Shown: one piece after another, positions 59,579 to 64,000 of the stretch | How positions within the stretch are numbered: the stretch's first letter is position 1 | Layout of the letters: every line of letters begins with the position of its first letter | DNA from: Planctomycetota bacterium | GTDB lineage: Bacteria; Planctomycetota; UBA1135; UBA2386 | Reading direction: 5' to 3' | NCBI GenBank assembly: GCA_965228735.1 | Contig: OZ245838.1 | Span: forward strand, 4,928,001-4,992,000 | DNA length: 64,000 bases | Notes under the pieces: generated by a model | Told to the model about the DNA's origin: nothing | The model's input: only the letters and a program-made list of their open reading frames with translations | Databases searched by the model: none | Program-made: the position numbers and the translations under genes

Positions 59579-59693
59579 TGGCGCTACCGAACCCGTTTCA
59601 AATCCGCCATCCCGCCAGCCCGCGATCCGCCCGGGGCGACGCGAGTTGTGGCGAGTCGGCGGTGGCGGAATCGAAACGGGTTCGGTACCGCCA
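59579..59693. repeat. Paired 31-bp inverted-repeat element, copy C (115 bp)
   Basis: Arm 59579-59609, 53-bp spacer, inverted arm 59663-59693. Confidence 0.92.
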
Positions 59694-59721
59694 CGATCCT
59701 CGGTAGAACGGTTGTCCCGCG

Positions 59722-60921
59722 ATGAGCCTCGACGACCGCCTGCTGTCCTACCGCGACCGTTTTCCGATCCTGGAACGGAGCAACTACCTGATCAACAACT
59801 CGCTCGGGGCCGTGCCGGCCGCGACGCGGGACGAGCTCGGGCAGTTCTTCGACGAATGGCAGACGCGCGGCGTGCGGTCGTGGGGTGACGGCTGGTGGAC
59901 GATGCAAGAACGCGTCGGTGACACGATCGCGTCGGTCCTCGGCATGCCGGCCGGCACCGTGTCGATGCACCAGAACATCGCGGTCGCGCTCGAGATGATC
60001 CTCTCGTGCTTCCGCTTCGACGGTCCGCGCAACGGCATCGTCTACTCGGCGCTCAACTTCCCGAGCGATCAGTACATCTACGAAGCCCGCGAACGCCGCG
60101 GCGCGCGGCTCGTGCGCACGCCCGCGAGTGCGGACGGACTCGTGACCGATGCAAACGCGATGATCGACGCGATCGACGACACGACGCTGCTCGTCGCGAT
60201 CGATCACGTGATGTTCCGCAGCTCGGCGATCGTCGACGTCGCGCCGATCGTCGAACGTGCGCGCAAGGTCGGCGCGTTCGTCATCCTCGACGTCTTTCAT
60301 TCGGTCGGCACTGTGCCGCTGCGGCTGCACGATCTCGGCGTGCACGCCGTCGTCGGCGGCGCGCTCAAGTGGATGTGCGGCGGCCCGGGCAACTGCTTCC
60401 TCGCCGTCCACCCCGACGAGATCGCGGGGCTCGAACCGACGTTCACCGGCTGGGCCGCGCACCGCGACCCGTTCGCGTTCTCGCCCAACGGGCAGGAGTA
60501 TCGCGACGACGGCGGGCGGTTCTTCACCGGCACGCCCAACGTGCCCGCGCTCTACGCCGGCAAGGCCGGCATCGAACTCGTCGCGGATGTCACGGTCGAT
60601 GCGATCCGCGAACGCAGCCAGCGCCTCACGACGAAGCTCGTCGAAGAAGCGCAGAGCGCCGGCCTCGCCCTGCGCTCGCCGGCCGACGCGATGGCGCGTG
60701 GTGGCCACGTCGCACTCGACGTGCCCGACGGCTACGCGGTCTGCCAGGCGCTGAGCGCGCGCGAGATCGTCGTCGACTTCCGCCCCGACGCGGGCCTGCG
60801 CATCGCCCCGCACTTCTACAACACCGAGGCCGAGGTCGTGACCGCCGTGCGCGCGATCCGCGAGATCCTGGACACCAACGAGCACCAACCGTTCCTCACC
60901 GGCGAACGGAGGCCCGGATGA
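59722..60921 (+). CDS. kynU: Kynureninase-like PLP enzyme (aminotransferase class V)
   Basis: YLINNSLG, NFPSDQY, LD.FHS.G, LKWMCGGPG, GWAAH, RGGHV; adjacent to the cyclase gene. Confidence 0.78.
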   Translation: MSLDDRLLSYRDRFPILERSNYLINNSLGAVPAATRDELGQFFDEWQTRGVRSWGDGWWTMQERVGDTIASVLGMPAGTVSMHQNIAVALEMILSCFRFDGPRNGIVYSALNFPSDQYIYEARERRGARLVRTPASADGLVTDANAMIDAIDDTTLLVAIDHVMFRSSAIVDVAPIVERARKVGAFVILDVFHSVGTVPLRLHDLGVHAVVGGALKWMCGGPGNCFLAVHPDEIAGLEPTFTGWAAHRDPFAFSPNGQEYRDDGGRFFTGTPNVPALYAGKAGIELVADVTVDAIRERSQRLTTKLVEEAQSAGLALRSPADAMARGGHVALDVPDGYAVCQALSAREIVVDFRPDAGLRIAPHFYNTEAEVVTAVRAIREILDTNEHQPFLTGERRPG

Positions 60922-61574
60922 GCGACCCGTCGTCGAACGGTCGCCGGATCTGGGACATCAGCGAGCCGATCGAACCGAAGACGGCGCCGTTCCCGGGTGA
61001 CACCGCGTTCTCGCAGGAGTGGGTGATGCGCCAGGAGAACGGCGCGTCCTGCAACGTCAGCACGATTCGCATGTCGGTGCACGTCGGCACGCATACGGAT
61101 TCGCCGCTGCACTTCGACGTCGCGGGTCGTGACATCGCCTCGGTGGATCTCACCGCGTACCTCGGCCGCTGCCGCGTCGTCGACGTCGAGGGTGTCGGCG
61201 ATCCGTCGCTGATCCCCGCGAGCGCGATCACGAGTGCCGTGACCGACGGCGCCGAGCGCGTGTTGTTCCGCACGAGCAAGAACCACGACCACACGACGTT
61301 CGACAACGGCTTCACCGCGGTTGGTCCCGAAGCTGCGAAGGCGCTGGTCGCCGCCGGCATCCAGCTCGTTGGCATCGACACGCCGAGCATGGACCACAGC
61401 ACGGCCAAGGAACTCGACGGCCACCTCGTGCTCTACGACGGTGGTGTCGCGATCCTGGAGAACATCGATCTCACCGATGTGCCGGCGGGGGATTACGAGC
61501 TCATCGCGTTGCCGTTGAAGATCGTGGACGGCGACAGCAGCCCGGTGCGCGCGATCCTGCGGGAGTTGGCTTAG
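60918..61574 (+). CDS. kynB: Kynurenine formamidase (cyclase family)
   Basis: WDIS.P, PGDT.F, HVGTHTDSPLH, GIDTPSMD, ILEN, DSSPVRAILR. Confidence 0.85.
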   Translation: MSDPSSNGRRIWDISEPIEPKTAPFPGDTAFSQEWVMRQENGASCNVSTIRMSVHVGTHTDSPLHFDVAGRDIASVDLTAYLGRCRVVDVEGVGDPSLIPASAITSAVTDGAERVLFRTSKNHDHTTFDNGFTAVGPEAAKALVAAGIQLVGIDTPSMDHSTAKELDGHLVLYDGGVAILENIDLTDVPAGDYELIALPLKIVDGDSSPVRAILRELA

Positions 61575-61649
61575 GCGATCAGAAGGCACGCGCGGCGAGT
61601 TTCGGCCGCCGGGTTGCCATACAGCGGCCGTCGAGACAAGCTTTGGCGG

Positions 61650-61952
61650 ATGGCGCGCACCCTCTCCACGGACCTCGACGACCCGGACGCGCGTCCGTAT
61701 TTTGTTTGGGACGAAGACCTGACCGTGGCGGAGCTCCGTGATCACTTGGCATCGCCAGATCGTCGGGTGCGGGCTCTGTGGATGGCCCGGGTGATGCGCG
61801 AAGCTCGATACCAGGACGTCTGGAAGCTGCTGCGACTGCGTGATGTCGTCGCCGACTTCGCCGCGATCCAGCCGCACCTCGGTCGGATGCGAGACTTCTG
61901 GAATTGGCTGTTCGACGGCTGGCGCGACGATGGATTCCTCCCCCGGACTTAG
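61650..61952 (+). CDS. Small putative antitoxin partner of the AbiEii-type toxin
   Basis: PYFVWDED...WMARVMREA...DVW; overlaps the toxin start. Confidence 0.7.
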   Translation: MARTLSTDLDDPDARPYFVWDEDLTVAELRDHLASPDRRVRALWMARVMREARYQDVWKLLRLRDVVADFAAIQPHLGRMRDFWNWLFDGWRDDGFLPRT

Positions 61953-62583
61953 CCCGCTGCAGCAAGACGTGCTGCGCGAGTTCTTTGCGCGCGAACGTCG
62001 CTTCGTGCTCACCGGCGGTGGCGCGCTGGTCGGCTACCACTTGCGACACCGAACGAGCGACGACCTGGATCTGTTCGCCAAGCCACCGGTGCCGATCGAC
62101 GAGGCACGGCACGCCATGGCGGCCGCCGCCGAAGCGTTGGGCGCGTCGTTGGAATCGCTGCGCACGTACCCGGACTTCGTGCGCTTGCTCGTTCGTCGGG
62201 GTGACGAGAGCGCGATTGTCGACCTGGTGATCGACCGCGCCCCCGACGTTGATGAGGCGGCCGAGATGGCCGACGGCGTGCGCGTTCATTCGCTGCGCGA
62301 GATCGCCTCGAACAAGGTCTGCACGCTGCTCGGCCGTGGCGAGATTCGCGACTTGGTTGATCTGCGGGCCATCCTCCAGCGCGGTGTTTCGCTGGGGACC
62401 GCTGTCGCCGATGCCGAGAAGAAGGACGGCGGCGTCTCGGCAGCGACGCTGGCTTGGATCCTGGATCAGGTCGCGATCGGCGCGCAAGCGAAGCTGCCAG
62501 GTGTCACCAGCGACGAACTCGAGCAGTTCCGCCGTGAGCTGGTCGAGAAGCTGCGCACGATGGCTCGCCCGGGGCAGGGTTGA
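61930..62583 (+). CDS. AbiEii/AbiGii family nucleotidyltransferase toxin
   Basis: LTGGGAL, HRTSDDLDLF, NK, RDLVDL. Confidence 0.88.
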   Translation: MDSSPGLSPLQQDVLREFFARERRFVLTGGGALVGYHLRHRTSDDLDLFAKPPVPIDEARHAMAAAAEALGASLESLRTYPDFVRLLVRRGDESAIVDLVIDRAPDVDEAAEMADGVRVHSLREIASNKVCTLLGRGEIRDLVDLRAILQRGVSLGTAVADAEKKDGGVSAATLAWILDQVAIGAQAKLPGVTSDELEQFRRELVEKLRTMARPGQG

Positions 62584-62677
62584 CGAGTGCCCTGGTCGCG
62601 TTGTGGCCCATTTCGTTGCATGCGGACGACTCAGCCGAATGATCGACTGTTCGCTGCCTTTCCCCAGAGGTTCCCGA

Positions 62678-63082
62678 GTGACCAAACGCCCCATCAACCC
62701 CGCAGAACTCGCGCCACCCATCGGCTTTCAACACGGCTGGCTCGTCGAGAACGCTACCCAGCGCACGCTGTACCTCGCGGGCCAGTGCGGCTACGACCAG
62801 GCCGGCAAGGTCGAATCGCCCGGTGACCTCGTCGCGCAACTCGATCGCGCACTCAGCAACATCGGCCTGATCCTGCGCGACGCGGAGATGTCCTACGAGG
62901 ACGTCGTGCAGCTCAACTTCTACGTCACGAGTCGCGACGACTACATGGCGGCGCGCAAGGCGATCGGGCAGGTCTGGAAGGCGCACTGCGGGAAGCACTT
63001 TCCGGGCATGGCGATGTTCCAGATCGTTTCGCTCCTCGATCCGGAAGCGCGGGTCGAGGTGCAGGGGATCGCGGCGCGATGA
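62678..63082 (+). CDS. RidA/YjgF family protein
   Basis: INPAELAPPIGF.HG, LYLAGQ, L.PEARVEVQGIA. Confidence 0.9.
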   Translation: MTKRPINPAELAPPIGFQHGWLVENATQRTLYLAGQCGYDQAGKVESPGDLVAQLDRALSNIGLILRDAEMSYEDVVQLNFYVTSRDDYMAARKAIGQVWKAHCGKHFPGMAMFQIVSLLDPEARVEVQGIAAR

Positions 63083-63435
63083 GTGCGCGAGTTGTCACGG
63101 TCGCCGCGCTGCTCGCGTTCGCGACCACCTCCACCAGCTGCTCATTCGCACCGGTGAACACCGACGTCGACCCGGCCGCGATCGTCGAGATCCGTGTGCA
63201 CGGCGACGGCTTCGTCGAGTTCGAGGGCGAACGCGTCCCGCTCGAAGCCGCCGTCCTCACGATGCGACAACGCTTCCGCCCGATGGCCGTGAGCGAACGC
63301 GCGGGTATCGTCGTGCAGCTCAACCGCGCGCCCGTCGCGGACACTCCCGCAGTGCACGCGGCCATCGCCGCCGACTTCAACCGACTGCTCGAGCAGTGTC
63401 AGATCATGGGCGTGCAGCACGCCCGCGTCCTATGA
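63079..63435 (+). CDS. Small lipoprotein, ExbD-like periplasmic fold
   Basis: Lipobox-like STSC; VEIRVHGDG...EGERV...LLEQCQIMGV. Confidence 0.6.
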   Translation: MSARVVTVAALLAFATTSTSCSFAPVNTDVDPAAIVEIRVHGDGFVEFEGERVPLEAAVLTMRQRFRPMAVSERAGIVVQLNRAPVADTPAVHAAIAADFNRLLEQCQIMGVQHARVL

Positions 63436-64000
63436 CCGAACGCCTCGCCGCTCACGTTCCGCCCGACCTCGTCGTCTTCGACTGCGACGGCACGCTGCAC
63501 GACACGTTTCGCTGGTGGGCGCCGATCATCCGCGCCGGGCTGCAGCGCTTCGCCGACGCCGAAGGGATGGACGTCACGATGCCGACCGACGCCGAGGCCG
63601 AGGCCGTTGTCGGCATGCGGGACGCCGGCGTGTGGGCGCCGTTCCTCCCCGAGGGTCACAAGGACCGCTGGTTCGATCTGCGCTCGGTCGTGCTGCCGAT
63701 GGAGGTCGCGGAGATCAGTTCGGGCACGGACTACCTCTTTCCCGGCATCCGGGAGCTGCTGCCGCATCTGCGACGGAGCGGCGTGACGGTCGCGCTCGCG
63801 AGCAACTGCCGCAGCCAGTACATGGGCGGCATGCTCGACGGGCAGGGGCTCCGGCAGCTCAGCGACCACGCGTTCTGCCTCGACTCGGAGAACGTCGACA
63901 GCAAGACCGACATGCTGCGCGAGGCGCAGCGCGTGACCGGCGCGACCCGGCCCGTGATGGTCGGGGATCGGGAGCCGGACCACGAGGCAGCGGTGGCTCT
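63432..64000 (+). CDS. HAD family hydrolase (partial, runs off the window end)
   Basis: Not in the ORF track. Translates as MTERLAAHVPPDLVVFDCDGTL...LFPGI...ASN...MVGDREPD. Confidence 0.88.
   Translation, partial: MTERLAAHVPPDLVVFDCDGTLHDTFRWWAPIIRAGLQRFADAEGMDVTMPTDAEAEAVVGMRDAGVWAPFLPEGHKDRWFDLRSVVLPMEVAEISSGTDYLFPGIRELLPHLRRSGVTVALASNCRSQYMGGMLDGQGLRQLSDHAFCLDSENVDSKTDMLREAQRVTGATRPVMVGDREPDHEAAVA

Overview
High-GC (roughly 70% by eye) bacterial chromosomal window, most likely Planctomycetota. That assignment is inferred from the ECF sigma factor fused to carboxypeptidase-like repeats, the CRTAC1/VCBS proteins and the many Cys-containing secreted proteins. About 55 CDS are supported: housekeeping genes (moaA, rsmD-like, recN, rluB-like, groES-groEL, ctaA/ctaB cluster, an M16 peptidase pair, kynU/kynB), many exported proteins and one AbiEii-type toxin-antitoxin pair. 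No rRNA, tRNA, CRISPR array or transposase was recognised. Main observations: (1) the ORF track splits one gene at 56610-57647 that reads through an in-frame TGA into an exported thioredoxin-fold protein with a U-P-P-C motif and a SECIS-like hairpin, a probable selenoprotein; (2) a dispersed element of paired 31-bp inverted repeats with a fixed 53-bp spacer occurs three times, and a fourth pair brackets a small ORF; (3) a YfcC transporter has an XRE-like HTH inserted in its first loop; (4) four unrelated secreted proteins share a similar C-terminal domain that may be a sorting signal; (5) a sigma-54-type promoter lies upstream of a receiver gene followed by groES-groEL.
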